Below, in pieces: positions 27,008-36,053 of a stretch of DNA of 64,000 nucleotides. This stretch comes from Candidatus Kaiserbacteria bacterium RIFCSPHIGHO2_01_FULL_58_22 (GTDB taxonomy: Bacteria; Patescibacteriota; Minisyncoccia; Phycocordibacterales; UBA2100): NCBI GenBank assembly GCA_001781445.1, contig MFLB01000034.1, forward strand, positions 17,793 to 81,792, in the 5' to 3' direction. The translations under genes and the position numbers were made by a program. Numbering within the stretch: position 1 is the stretch's first letter; each line of letters starts with the position of its first letter. Under the pieces are notes generated by a model. The model ran no database searches, was not told where the DNA came from, and saw only the letters and a list, made by a program, of their open reading frames with translations.

Positions 27008-27130
27008 ATGTACCACCTCGCCACGCTCTTCATCGCCGGACTCGTCATCGCGCTTATCGTTACCGCCCTCATCGCCTTCGCCACCTCGCCGCACGGCCTC
27101 GAGCCGAAAAAAGAAAAGCCGAAACCCTGA
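27008..27130 (+). CDS. 40-aa single-TM small protein with Lys/Pro tail (not in ORF track)
   Basis: MYHLATLFIAGLVIALIVTALIAFATSPHGLEPKKEKPKP; host-like GC-ending codons. Confidence 0.6.
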   Translation: MYHLATLFIAGLVIALIVTALIAFATSPHGLEPKKEKPKP

Positions 27131-27232
27131 CAGTTCTTGTACATAAGAACGTGTCTGGAAACCTCTCCCACCGGGAGTCCAAACATGCTCCAGTGTCGTC
27201 ACAGTTCTCGTACATATGTACAAGAACTGTCA
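27128..27232. repeat. 105-bp element with perfect 18-bp terminal inverted repeats
   Basis: TGACAGTTCTTGTACATA (27128-27145) / TATGTACAAGAACTGTCA (27215-27232); third near-copy at 27201-27216. Confidence 0.9.
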
Positions 27233-27235
27233 TGG

Positions 27236-28714
27236 CTACGTCTTTTTGAAAAGACGCGGGCCCTCGGAAGTGTCTTCGACGATATAGTCCAATTTCCGGA
27301 GTTCGGCGCGCAATGAATCCGCGTGTTGCCAGTTCTTCTCTTTTCGGGCCGCCTCGCGCGCCTCGAGGAGCGTGCGCACGCGCCCGGGGATAGCATTGCT
27401 TTCCACCGGAGCGCCGAAGGTTTTTCGGCAGAGCGCTTCCGCCGCCGCGTCAGGTTTTGCAAGTCCGAGTCCCAATATCCGGTCGGCGTCGAGCACGCCG
27501 GCGCGGATGTTCTCGCGGGAAAGGCCGCGCTCTTTTACCATCTCCCACAAGAGCGCCAGCGCCCCGGGAGTGTCCAGATCGTCGTTGAATCGCTCGTGCA
27601 GTTTCTTCCGCCACGGCTCGGGCGCGGCCCCCGCCTTCTTTTCCGTGTCGACGAGCCGGCGAAGGCGCAAAAAGGCGGTTTGCGCGGCATCGAGCGCGTT
27701 CCACGTGAAGTTGGAATGGGTGCGGTAGTGCGAGCTCAAAAAAAGGTAGCGGAGCGCCATCGGATGGAAGCCTCTCCCGACGACTTCCGAAAGGCGGACG
27801 ACGGCACCTTCGCGCTTGGCGATCTTTTCCCCCTCGATCTGGATGTGCGCGCGATGCATCCAGAAGCGCGCGAGGGGCCTCTTGCCCGTCGCGGCCTCCG
27901 ATTGCGCGATCTCGTTGTTGTGATGTATCGGAATGTGCTCGACGCCTCCCGTGTGTATGTCTATCTGCTTTCCGAGGCAGGCGTTTATCATCGCGGAGCA
28001 TTCGATATGCCAGCCCGGGAAGCCCTTTCCCCAGGGCGAATCCCAGCCTATCGCGTCTTTGCCGGAGGAGAATTTCCAGAGCGCGAAGTCGGTCGGGTTG
28101 CGCTTCGTCGCCTTCGTTTCTATGCGGGCCCGCTCTTTCAGATCCGCGAGGTTAGCGCCGCCGAGTACGCCATAGGCGGTAAGGCGGGACGTATCGAAGT
28201 ACACTCCGTCTTCCGCCCGGTACGCGTACCCTTTTTCTTCGAGCGTTTGCACCATCGCGATCTGCGCGGGGACATAGTCGCTCGCGCGCGGAAAAACGAT
28301 GCGCTCCGTGTCGACGTTGAGCGTCCGCACGTCTTCGAGAAAGCGCCGGGCGTAGCGCTCCGCCATCGTCTTCATGTTCTCAAGTGTAGGCGCAAGGCCC
28401 TCCCGGCGGAGGCCCGTGCTCATCTTGTCCTCTCCCTCGTCGGCGTCGGAAGAGAGGTGGCCGACATCGGTGATGTTGACGACCTGCTTGACGGCGTAGC
28501 CGTTGTATTCGAGGGTGCGCCGCAGTACGTCGGCAAAGACGTAGGCGGAGAGATTCCCGATATGCTGGACGTCGTAGACGGTCGGGCCGCAGTTGTACAT
28601 GCGCACCTCGCGCGCGCGGGAGGGAAGCGTGAATTCCTGTTTCGATTTGCCGAGCGTGTTGAAGAAGAAGAGAGGAGGGCGCTTGGGCTTTCGGAATAGG
28701 AAATCGAACCACAT
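27236..28714 (-). CDS. cysS: Cysteine--tRNA ligase
   Basis: CGPTVY, HIGN, DFALWK, PGWHIECS, HHNNE. Confidence 0.96.
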   Translation of the reverse strand: MWFDFLFRKPKRPPLFFFNTLGKSKQEFTLPSRAREVRMYNCGPTVYDVQHIGNLSAYVFADVLRRTLEYNGYAVKQVVNITDVGHLSSDADEGEDKMSTGLRREGLAPTLENMKTMAERYARRFLEDVRTLNVDTERIVFPRASDYVPAQIAMVQTLEEKGYAYRAEDGVYFDTSRLTAYGVLGGANLADLKERARIETKATKRNPTDFALWKFSSGKDAIGWDSPWGKGFPGWHIECSAMINACLGKQIDIHTGGVEHIPIHHNNEIAQSEAATGKRPLARFWMHRAHIQIEGEKIAKREGAVVRLSEVVGRGFHPMALRYLFLSSHYRTHSNFTWNALDAAQTAFLRLRRLVDTEKKAGAAPEPWRKKLHERFNDDLDTPGALALLWEMVKERGLSRENIRAGVLDADRILGLGLAKPDAAAEALCRKTFGAPVESNAIPGRVRTLLEAREAARKEKNWQHADSLRAELRKLDYIVEDTSEGPRLFKKT

Positions 28715-28752
28715 GGCGGTCATGATATCATGGTGGTTCGAACACGCGCCGC

Positions 28753-30462
28753 ATGGAATTATTCACCGAACTTAGCCTCATCATAGGGATCGCGACCGGC
28801 GTTGCCGCCTTGATGCGCCTCTTGCGGCAGCCGCTCATCATCGGGCACATTCTGACGGGCCTCATCGCCGGCCCCCTGCTTCTCGACCTCATCGGTTCCA
28901 CGGAGACGCTCGCCCTGATGGGAGAGATCGGCGTCGCCATCCTCCTCTTTACCGTCGGACTGCATTTGAGTCCCGACATCATCCGCACGTTCGGGAAAGT
29001 CTCCTTCATCACGGGGGTCGGGCAGGTTCTCTTTACCTCGATCGTCGGATACTTCATCGCGGCCATGCTCGGCTTTTCCCCCGCCGAGGCGTTCTATATT
29101 TCCGTCGCGCTCGCGTTCTCGAGCACCATCATCATCATGAAGCTCATCGCTGACAAGCGGGAGCTCGACGTGCTGTACGCGAAGATCGCCATCGGATTCC
29201 TCCTCGTGCAGGACCTTATCGCGGTGCTTCTTCTCCTCGGCATACCCCTGTTTTCCGCTAGCTCTTTCTCTTTTGCGGAAGTCGCGCGGTTCATTACGAC
29301 CGGGGCCGTTCTCATCGGCTTCGTCGCGCTTACGTCGCGTTTCTTCGTCTCGAAAGCAAACCGCTTTTTGGCGCAGTCGCAGGAATTCCTTTTTCTTTTC
29401 GCGATCGCGTGGGGAATAGGGATCGCGGCGCTTTTCAAGGGGCTGGGGTTCTCGCTCGAAAGCGGCGCTCTCATAGCGGGCGTGACGCTCGCGGCGCTTC
29501 CGGTGCGCCACGAGATCAGCGCGCGCCTCTCGCCCCTGCGGGATTTTTTCATCGTGATGTTCTTCGTCCTCCTCGGCTCGCAAATGCAGTTTGCCGATAT
29601 CGGCGGGAGTTTGCCAGCCGCGATCACGCTCTCGCTCCTCGTCCTCGTCGGCAATCCGCTGATACTGATGATGCTCATGGGCATTCTGGGCTACCGCAAA
29701 AAGACGAGTTTCCAAACGGGTCTCATCGTCGCGCAGATAAGCGAATTCTCCCTCATCCTCGTCGCGCTCGGAGTCTCCCTCGGGCATCTCGACCGCTCGA
29801 TCCTTTCGCTCGTAACACTCGTCGGCCTTATTACCATCTTCGGCTGTACGTACCTCGTGCTGTATTCCGATCGGCTCTTTCACGCGCTCGCCCCGTTCTT
29901 GGGCATGTTCGAGCGCGCGAACGCGTTCGAACCTCGCGCGCGCCGGAGCGGCCATGCCGTCGTTCTCTTCGGATGCAATCGCATCGGGCAGGATTTTCTC
30001 GAATCGCTGAAGGAGCTCGACCGGCGTTTTCTCGTCGTCGATCACGACCCCGATACCATAGCGTCGCTCGAGCGAAAGGGGATAGCGGCGGAATACGGCG
30101 ATGCGGGGGATATCGATTTTCTCGAGTCGATCGACGTGTCCAGGCTCGAGCTCGCTATCTCGACAGTCCCGGATCCCGAGACGAACCTTCTCATCACCCG
30201 GAGCATACGCTCGCGCAACCCGGATGCCGTCGTCATCGTCATCGCGCACCGCGTGGGTGACGCCCTTTCGCATTACGAGGAGGGGGTCGACTACGTCATC
30301 CTTCCGCACTTTCTCGGAGGCAAGTACGCCTCGGAGATCGTCGTGAAGTTCGGGACCGACAAGTCGAAGTACTCAACCCTGCGCTCGCGGCATATCGAGC
30401 ATCTCAAGGTCCGCATCGCCGCGGGGCACGAGCATCCGTATCCTTCCGCCGTCAAGCTGTAG
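28753..30462 (+). CDS. Kef-type cation/H+ antiporter with TrkA-N domain
   Basis: Many TM helices, FSST, QD, QISEFS, C-terminal YGDA. Confidence 0.9.
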   Translation: MELFTELSLIIGIATGVAALMRLLRQPLIIGHILTGLIAGPLLLDLIGSTETLALMGEIGVAILLFTVGLHLSPDIIRTFGKVSFITGVGQVLFTSIVGYFIAAMLGFSPAEAFYISVALAFSSTIIIMKLIADKRELDVLYAKIAIGFLLVQDLIAVLLLLGIPLFSASSFSFAEVARFITTGAVLIGFVALTSRFFVSKANRFLAQSQEFLFLFAIAWGIGIAALFKGLGFSLESGALIAGVTLAALPVRHEISARLSPLRDFFIVMFFVLLGSQMQFADIGGSLPAAITLSLLVLVGNPLILMMLMGILGYRKKTSFQTGLIVAQISEFSLILVALGVSLGHLDRSILSLVTLVGLITIFGCTYLVLYSDRLFHALAPFLGMFERANAFEPRARRSGHAVVLFGCNRIGQDFLESLKELDRRFLVVDHDPDTIASLERKGIAAEYGDAGDIDFLESIDVSRLELAISTVPDPETNLLITRSIRSRNPDAVVIVIAHRVGDALSHYEEGVDYVILPHFLGGKYASEIVVKFGTDKSKYSTLRSRHIEHLKVRIAAGHEHPYPSAVKL

Positions 30463-30499
30463 TTTCGCGTGTTCCGCTACGCTATAATGGCCCCTCGAT

Positions 30500-31789
30500 A
30501 TGCCGGAAGAAGATAAAGAAGGCCGCCCCGTCCATCCTCGCCCAACAGGGGCATTGCCGTTCAGGGATGAGTGGCGCATCCCGGCGCGCCTTGCGATCGC
30601 AGGGGGATGCATCGCGCTCGCCGTCGGTTTTGTTCTTGGAGTGGCGCTCGTTTCAGGCAAGGGAGCGGCGGCGCAACTTTCGGGCCCGCCCGAGGGCGTG
30701 GATTTCGATCCCGTGTGGAAGGCGTGGCGCATCATAGACGAGAAGTTCGTGCCGGCCGCTGTCGCGACCTCGACGCGGGTCGCTTCCTCGACCGAGGAGA
30801 GGAACGAAGCGCGCGTCTGGGGAATGATACAGGGGCTCGCGGAGTCGCTCGGCGACCCGTACACCTTCTTCCTTCCGCCCAAGGAGAACGAGATATTCGC
30901 GGAGGACATCAGCGGCGCCTTCGAGGGCGTCGGGATGGAAATCGCGGTGCGCGATCAGGTCCTCACCGTTGTTTCGCCGCTTAAGGGGACGCCCGCGGAG
31001 CGTGCGGGCATCAGGAGCGGCGATAGGATCCTCGAGATCGACGGCGTCGAGACGCGCGGCATGGACATCTCGACCGCGGTCTCGCGCATCCGCGGGCCGC
31101 GGGGGACGCAGGTCAGGCTTCTTGTCATGCGCGAAGGGTTCCCGGAGCCGCGCGAATTCGAAGTAACCCGCGAGGTCATCAACGTGCCTATCGTCGCGAC
31201 GGAAGCGCGTTCCGGCGTATTCGTCATAGAACTCCAGAGCTTCACGGCGAATTCGCCGGAGCTCTTCAGGCGCGCGCTCCGGGAGTTCGTCGAGTCGGGC
31301 AGTCGCAATCTCGTTCTCGACCTTCGCGGAAATCCGGGCGGCTATCTGGAGGCGGCGGTCGACATGGCGAGCTGGTTCCTGCCCTCGGGTAGGGTCGTCG
31401 TCACAGAGGATTACGCCGGGAACGCCGAAAGCGTCGTGCATCGCTCGCGCGGTTACGATGTGTTCAACGAGAACCTGCGCATGGTCATTCTCGTCGACCG
31501 CGGCAGCGCCTCGGCTTCCGAGATTCTTGCCGGCGCGCTTCAGCACTACGGTATCGCTACAATGGTGGGGGACAGGACCTTCGGGAAGGGCTCGGTGCAG
31601 GAACTTGTGGAGATAACCGACGATACGTCGCTCAAGCTCACCGTCGCGCGCTGGGTGGGGCCGGGAGGCGAGCCGATACCGCTGGAAGGACTCGTCCCGG
31701 ATGTGCAGGTGAACATGACCGAAGAGGACCGGGAGGCGGGGAGAGACCCGCAGATGGAAAAAGCCGTTGAGGTAGTCAGTAGTCAGTAG
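30500..31789 (+). CDS. S41-family C-terminal processing protease with PDZ domain
   Basis: DPYT, DLRGNPGG, SASASE, TFGKGSVQ. Confidence 0.93.
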   Translation: MPEEDKEGRPVHPRPTGALPFRDEWRIPARLAIAGGCIALAVGFVLGVALVSGKGAAAQLSGPPEGVDFDPVWKAWRIIDEKFVPAAVATSTRVASSTEERNEARVWGMIQGLAESLGDPYTFFLPPKENEIFAEDISGAFEGVGMEIAVRDQVLTVVSPLKGTPAERAGIRSGDRILEIDGVETRGMDISTAVSRIRGPRGTQVRLLVMREGFPEPREFEVTREVINVPIVATEARSGVFVIELQSFTANSPELFRRALREFVESGSRNLVLDLRGNPGGYLEAAVDMASWFLPSGRVVVTEDYAGNAESVVHRSRGYDVFNENLRMVILVDRGSASASEILAGALQHYGIATMVGDRTFGKGSVQELVEITDDTSLKLTVARWVGPGGEPIPLEGLVPDVQVNMTEEDREAGRDPQMEKAVEVVSSQ

Positions 31790-31872
31790 TCTGTAGTTAG
31801 TAGAAAATAGTGACGAGAAAAAGAATTCAGGACCACTAACGACTAACTACTTTCTACCAACTATCTACTGTT
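31773..31872 (+). repeat. Inverted heptamer array (TAGTCAG-type / CTA-ending units)
   Basis: TAGTCAG TAGTCAG TAGTCTG TAGTTAG TAGAAAA ... ACGACTA..CTTTCTA CCAACTA. Confidence 0.85.
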
Positions 31873-32316
31873 ATGAAAGTGATTTTCTTGAAAGATGTGG
31901 GTGGGGTCGGCAGGGCGGGGGAGGTGAAGGATATCGCCGACGGGTACGCGCTTAATTTTTTGATACCGCGGGGGCTTGCAAAACAGGCGACCACGGAGGC
32001 GCTTGCCGAGCATGCAAAGGTCCAGGCGGCGTTGGCGGCAGAAAAAGAAAGGCGCGAAGCAGATCTCAAGGAGGCGATCCAACGGCTCCGCGGCGCGCGG
32101 ATCGAGCTCAAAGTCAGGGCGACTGAAAAAGGAGGATTATTCAAAGCGATCGGCCCGAAGGAAATAGCGGATGCGCTTCATCAGCAAAAGAGCGTTTCCA
32201 TCCCGGAGGAGGGGATCGCGCCGCTGGAGCCCGTCAAAACGACGGGCGATCACATAATAAAAATTTCCGCCTTGGGAGCGGAAACGGAGATACTGCTGAA
32301 GATCGTCGCTGTTTAG
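31873..32316 (+). CDS. rplI: 50S ribosomal protein L9
   Basis: [25 protein letters not shown]. Confidence 0.95.
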   Translation: MKVIFLKDVGGVGRAGEVKDIADGYALNFLIPRGLAKQATTEALAEHAKVQAALAAEKERREADLKEAIQRLRGARIELKVRATEKGGLFKAIGPKEIADALHQQKSVSIPEEGIAPLEPVKTTGDHIIKISALGAETEILLKIVAV

Positions 32317-32585
32317 AGGACGTCGACGATGGGGCGGCGGGCGGAGCGGCCGTCGAAGTCGGTCTTTCTTTTGTTGCGGAAGCGCACCGTGCCCGCAACG
32401 CGCGCGAAGAGCGTGTAGTCGCTTCCGACGCCGATGTTCCGGCCCGGCAATATCTTCGTGCCGCGCTGGCGCACGACTATCTCGCCAATGGCCACTTTTT
32501 GCCCGTCGGCGCGCTTGACCCCCAAATACTTGGGATTCGAATCGCGGAGATTTTTCGCTGTTCCGCCCGCTTTGGTCGTTGCCAT
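32313..32585 (-). CDS. rpmA: 50S ribosomal protein L27
   Basis: [22 protein letters not shown]. Confidence 0.96.
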   Translation of the reverse strand: MATTKAGGTAKNLRDSNPKYLGVKRADGQKVAIGEIVVRQRGTKILPGRNIGVGSDYTLFARVAGTVRFRNKRKTDFDGRSARRPIVDVL

Positions 32586-32625
32586 AGAAAATAGTCTGTA
32601 GTTAGTAGCACGTAGTTAGTAGTTG
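32585..32625 (-). repeat. Single-arm heptamer array ending at rpmA ATG
   Basis: + strand TAGAAAA TAGTCTG TAGTTAG TAGCACG TAGTTAG TAGTTG. Confidence 0.85.
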
Positions 32626-32656
32626 AAAACAATACCAAGCCCCGTATCATGGAGCG

Positions 32657-33040
32657 GTGGTAAAGATACAGGAAAGTTGGCAGAAAATCAAGAATGCCTT
32701 GGAGGACGGGGTCGGGGAGTGGGGGGTTATCGCCATCGTGGTTTTGGTCGGATTTTCCTCGTTCGGTCTCGGGCGCCTTTCCGCGCTCGAGGGCGCAAAA
32801 CCGGCTGTTTCGATACGGGAAGCGCAGACGGGAGCCGCCGCGCGCGCGCTTCCTCTCGGCGGCCTTGTCGTCGCTTCTCGGAAGGGGAGCGCGTACCACT
32901 ATCCGTGGTGCTCGGGCGCTGAAAGTATCGCCGAGCAGAACAAGATCTGGTTCAAAAGCGAAGAAGCGGCTCGCAAAGCGGGATACACACCTGCCAAGAA
33001 TTGTAAAGGACTCGGACAGCCGGCAGCTAGTAGCCAGTAG
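32657..33040 (+). CDS. Membrane-anchored protein with Ada metal-binding-like domain
   Basis: VASRKGSAYHYPWC...EEAARKAGY...NC. Confidence 0.75.
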   Translation: MVKIQESWQKIKNALEDGVGEWGVIAIVVLVGFSSFGLGRLSALEGAKPAVSIREAQTGAAARALPLGGLVVASRKGSAYHYPWCSGAESIAEQNKIWFKSEEAARKAGYTPAKNCKGLGQPAASSQ

Positions 33041-33108
33041 CCTGCGGCCATGAGAAAATGCGCGCTATGCATCCGTGCTACAGGCTACCAGCTATAAGCT
33101 ACAGGCTA
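33017..33108 (+). repeat. Inverted heptamer array (TAGCCAG / CAGGCTA type)
   Basis: CAGCCGG CAGCTAG TAGCCAG TAGCCTG ... CGTGCTA CAGGCTA CCAGCTA TAAGCTA CAGGCTA-TG. Confidence 0.88.
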
Positions 33109-33713
33109 TGCTAATCGTTGACGTTGAAGCCTCCGGAGTGGAGTATCGCACGCACTCCATCGTTTCGGTGGGAGCGCTCGATTTTGCCAACCCGCGGAAC
33201 CGTTTTTACGAAGAGTGCCGCGTGTGGGACGGAGCGCACGTCATGGACGAAGCGCTCGCGGTCAACGGCTTCACGAAAGAGCAGGTGATAGATCCGAAGA
33301 AGCAGAGCGAGGCCGATCTCATCCACGCGTTCCTAGACTGGAGCGACGGGGTCGCGGAGCGGACGCTCGCCGCGCAGAACGTTTCCTTCGACCGGGACTT
33401 TCTCAAGGCCGCGGCGGAGAGGGCGGGACACACGGAGTGGCCGTTCTCGTACCGCACCATAGACACGCACACGCTCGCCTACATGCACATGGTAACGAGG
33501 GGGCTTCAGCCGCCAGTGGACTCCGTCAAAAAACATTCCGCGCTCGATCTCGACGCGACGCTCGAATACTGCGGAATCCCGAGCGAGCCGGCGCCGCACA
33601 ACGCGCTCACGGGCGCGCTTTCGCACGCCGAGGTGATATCGCGTCTTCTGTACGGAAGAAAGCTCCTGCCGGAGTTCGACGAGTTTGAAATACCCTGGCG
33701 AAATGTTTTTTGA
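33108..33713 (+). CDS. DEDDh 3'-5' exonuclease
   Basis: DVEASG, QNVSFD, IDT, HNAL. Confidence 0.85.
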   Translation: MLIVDVEASGVEYRTHSIVSVGALDFANPRNRFYEECRVWDGAHVMDEALAVNGFTKEQVIDPKKQSEADLIHAFLDWSDGVAERTLAAQNVSFDRDFLKAAAERAGHTEWPFSYRTIDTHTLAYMHMVTRGLQPPVDSVKKHSALDLDATLEYCGIPSEPAPHNALTGALSHAEVISRLLYGRKLLPEFDEFEIPWRNVF

Positions 33714-33729
33714 AGGTCGTTGGAACGAT

Positions 33730-34230
33730 ATGCGATACATTCGACGCCTTCTTACGTGGCTCTCGCTTTCTCTTATCGGGGTCGTGCATGTAATTCGGTA
33801 TTGGCTCTCACGCTTTGCGGGAGCAGGGGAAGTGCAGGGAGTACGCATTATCCTCGTTCAGGAGCGCAGAGTGGTCCTAGTATCACACTGGTACGCGCCA
33901 TGGGCGTGGACATTGCCGGGCGGCGGCGTCGAGCGCGGAGAAACACCGGAGCAAGCGGCGATACGCGAGGCACGCGAAGAAACCGGATTTGAGGTAAAGA
34001 CTATTGCCGGCGAGATTGGCACCTACACCGGCTCGATGGGGAAGAGAGACAAGATAACGGTCTTCTACACGGGAGACTTCGAAGGCTCTCTCGCCCTCCG
34101 TCCTACCATCGAGATAATGGCGCGGAGCTGGTTCGACATAGACGCTCTTCCTGCCGAAGTGTCGCCCGCGAACCGCCGGCGCATCGAAGCCTACCGGGCG
34201 GGCGGGCGGGGAGAGCAGGGGCGGTGGTAG
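33730..34230 (+). CDS. NUDIX hydrolase
   Basis: LPGGGVERGETPEQAAIREAREETG Nudix box. Confidence 0.9.
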   Translation: MRYIRRLLTWLSLSLIGVVHVIRYWLSRFAGAGEVQGVRIILVQERRVVLVSHWYAPWAWTLPGGGVERGETPEQAAIREAREETGFEVKTIAGEIGTYTGSMGKRDKITVFYTGDFEGSLALRPTIEIMARSWFDIDALPAEVSPANRRRIEAYRAGGRGEQGRW

Positions 34231-34239
34231 TTGCGGTAG

Positions 34240-35220
34240 TTATCGGTCGTCCATCTCTTTTCCGCCGTGGAACTTTTCATGTATGTCGCGCAGGCGTTTA
34301 TTGGTGACATGCGTATAGATTTGCGTGGTCGCGACGTTCTTGTGGCCGAGAAGCTCCTGCACGCTCCGCAGGTCCGCTCCGTGAGAGAGAAGATCCGTCG
34401 CGTAGGTATGCCGGAGCGTGTGGGGCGTTACCTTTTTCGCGAGGCCGGCGAGAACCGCGCATTTCGAGATCATCATTTGTATGTAGCGGGGCGAGAGGCG
34501 CCTGTTTTCGGTTTTTTTCGACCGGTGGTTGATGAAGAGCGGATCGTGGACGTCGCGGCGGGTCGCGAGGTATGCACGCAGCCACTTGGCCGCGCGGGGG
34601 GAGATGAACACCGTTCTGACATATTTTCCTTTGCCCACGATGGAAAGCTCGAACGTCCGCGCGCCGTCCTCCTGCTTGAGGAAAGAGACGCGATCGGCGT
34701 CGAGCGCGGTGAGTTCCGAAATGCGCATTCCCGAAGAGAAAAAAAGTTCCATGATCGCGCGGTCGCGCAATCCGTTCTGCGTCGAGACGTCCGGTATCTT
34801 CAGCATGCGCTCCATATCCCGCGTGTCCAAGAAGGAGATTGTCTCGTCGGACTTCTGTTTGGCAAGCTTGATCTTCGACGAAGGAAGAGACTCGATGTCG
34901 CGGTCGGCGAAATAAGCAAGAAGGGCCCGCAGGGCGATGAGGTAGTAGTTCTGGGACTTTTTGCTCAAGGAGGCGCCCACGGGCGTTTTGTGCCCGCGGG
35001 CGAGGTAGAGGCGGTAGTCCCAAATATGCCGGGCGGTAAGCTCGCGGGGAAGCAGAGACTCTTGTCCGGTTTTGCGGAGCCACGTCGTGAACAGCTTCAG
35101 ATACTGTCCGTAATTTTTCTGTGTATTGTTCGAAAGCCCTTTCTCGATCTCGCAGTAATCAAGGAACGGCGTTACGTACGATGAGATTTTCTTTTGCGTC
35201 GCGGGGGAGGTGGGGGACAT
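34240..35220 (-). CDS. Xer-family tyrosine recombinase
   Basis: RD, GMRISE, GKG, HTLRH..AT, LGH..VATTQIYTHV. Confidence 0.92.
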   Translation of the reverse strand: MSPTSPATQKKISSYVTPFLDYCEIEKGLSNNTQKNYGQYLKLFTTWLRKTGQESLLPRELTARHIWDYRLYLARGHKTPVGASLSKKSQNYYLIALRALLAYFADRDIESLPSSKIKLAKQKSDETISFLDTRDMERMLKIPDVSTQNGLRDRAIMELFFSSGMRISELTALDADRVSFLKQEDGARTFELSIVGKGKYVRTVFISPRAAKWLRAYLATRRDVHDPLFINHRSKKTENRRLSPRYIQMMISKCAVLAGLAKKVTPHTLRHTYATDLLSHGADLRSVQELLGHKNVATTQIYTHVTNKRLRDIHEKFHGGKEMDDR

Positions 35221-35275
35221 GAGGTATGACTGTGACGTTACTATTATTTTATACGGCAAGTATGGCAGATACCAT

Positions 35276-35303
35276 TATTCGCACAATATATGTAAAGCGA
35301 AAT
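35276..35303. other. Candidate dif-like site TATTCGCACAA-TATATG-TAAAGCGAAAT
   Basis: 11-6-11 layout; each arm matches 7/11 of the E. coli dif arms; 55 bp upstream of xer. Confidence 0.55.
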
Positions 35304-35384
35304 ACGGGGATAAAGCCGCGCTCCAACTATTCTGACGCCTCTGACACCCAAACACTCTCCGCGTTGTTCAGGTACACTGCAGAG

Positions 35385-36053
35385 ATGTCAACGTCATATC
35401 GCGATCGAATAAAACGGCTTTTGACTCCCCCCGAGCGCCGCATGTTCCAAACTCTCGCGACGCCGCAGAAGGTCCAAGACTATCTGGATACCCTTCCCAT
35501 CAATTTCGAGGCTTCGGGGGAGACCTACATGGCTCCGAGACGCGTTTTGCGGGCCAAAACGGCCCATTGCTTCGAAGGGGCGCTTTTGGCCGCCGCCGCG
35601 CTCGCGTACCACGGGCAAAAGCCCCTATTGCTCGATTTCAGGACGATTCCCGACGATGAAGACCATGTGGTGGCGCTTTTCCGGCAAAACGGCTACTGGG
35701 GCGCGATAAGCAAGACCAATCACGCCATCCTGCGCTATCGCGAACCGGCATACCGAAGCCCGCGCGAGCTCGCCATATCATTCTTCCACGAGTACCTGAT
35801 GTGGGATGGCCGTAAATCACTGCGGGCGTATTCAAGGCCGTTTGACCTCTCGAAATTCGCGCCAGAGCGGTGGGTCACGGCCGATAAGGAGTTGTTCTGG
35901 CTTGTAGAAGCGCTTGATAAGACCCGCCACTTCCCTACCGTTCCGAAAAAAAATCTCCGCACGCTCCGCAAGGCATACAAAATCGAATTGCGCGCGATGA
36001 AGCTCGTCGAATGGAAGCGCAAAAAACGCCTACCCCGCAGTCGTCAGAGATAG
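35385..36053 (+). CDS. Hypothetical protein, transglutaminase/cysteine-protease-like
   Basis: AHCFEGA...DHVVALF...WGAISK; TACACT 6 nt before ATG. Confidence 0.7.
   Translation: MSTSYRDRIKRLLTPPERRMFQTLATPQKVQDYLDTLPINFEASGETYMAPRRVLRAKTAHCFEGALLAAAALAYHGQKPLLLDFRTIPDDEDHVVALFRQNGYWGAISKTNHAILRYREPAYRSPRELAISFFHEYLMWDGRKSLRAYSRPFDLSKFAPERWVTADKELFWLVEALDKTRHFPTVPKKNLRTLRKAYKIELRAMKLVEWKRKKRLPRSRQR

Noticed and set aside
33075-33107. MLQATSYKLQA N-terminus of the exonuclease
   Set aside because: It is the translated heptamer array; the real start is likely 33108.
34240-35220. Prophage or island integrase
   Set aside because: Xer-like motifs, housekeeping neighbours, no phage genes or att-flanked cargo.
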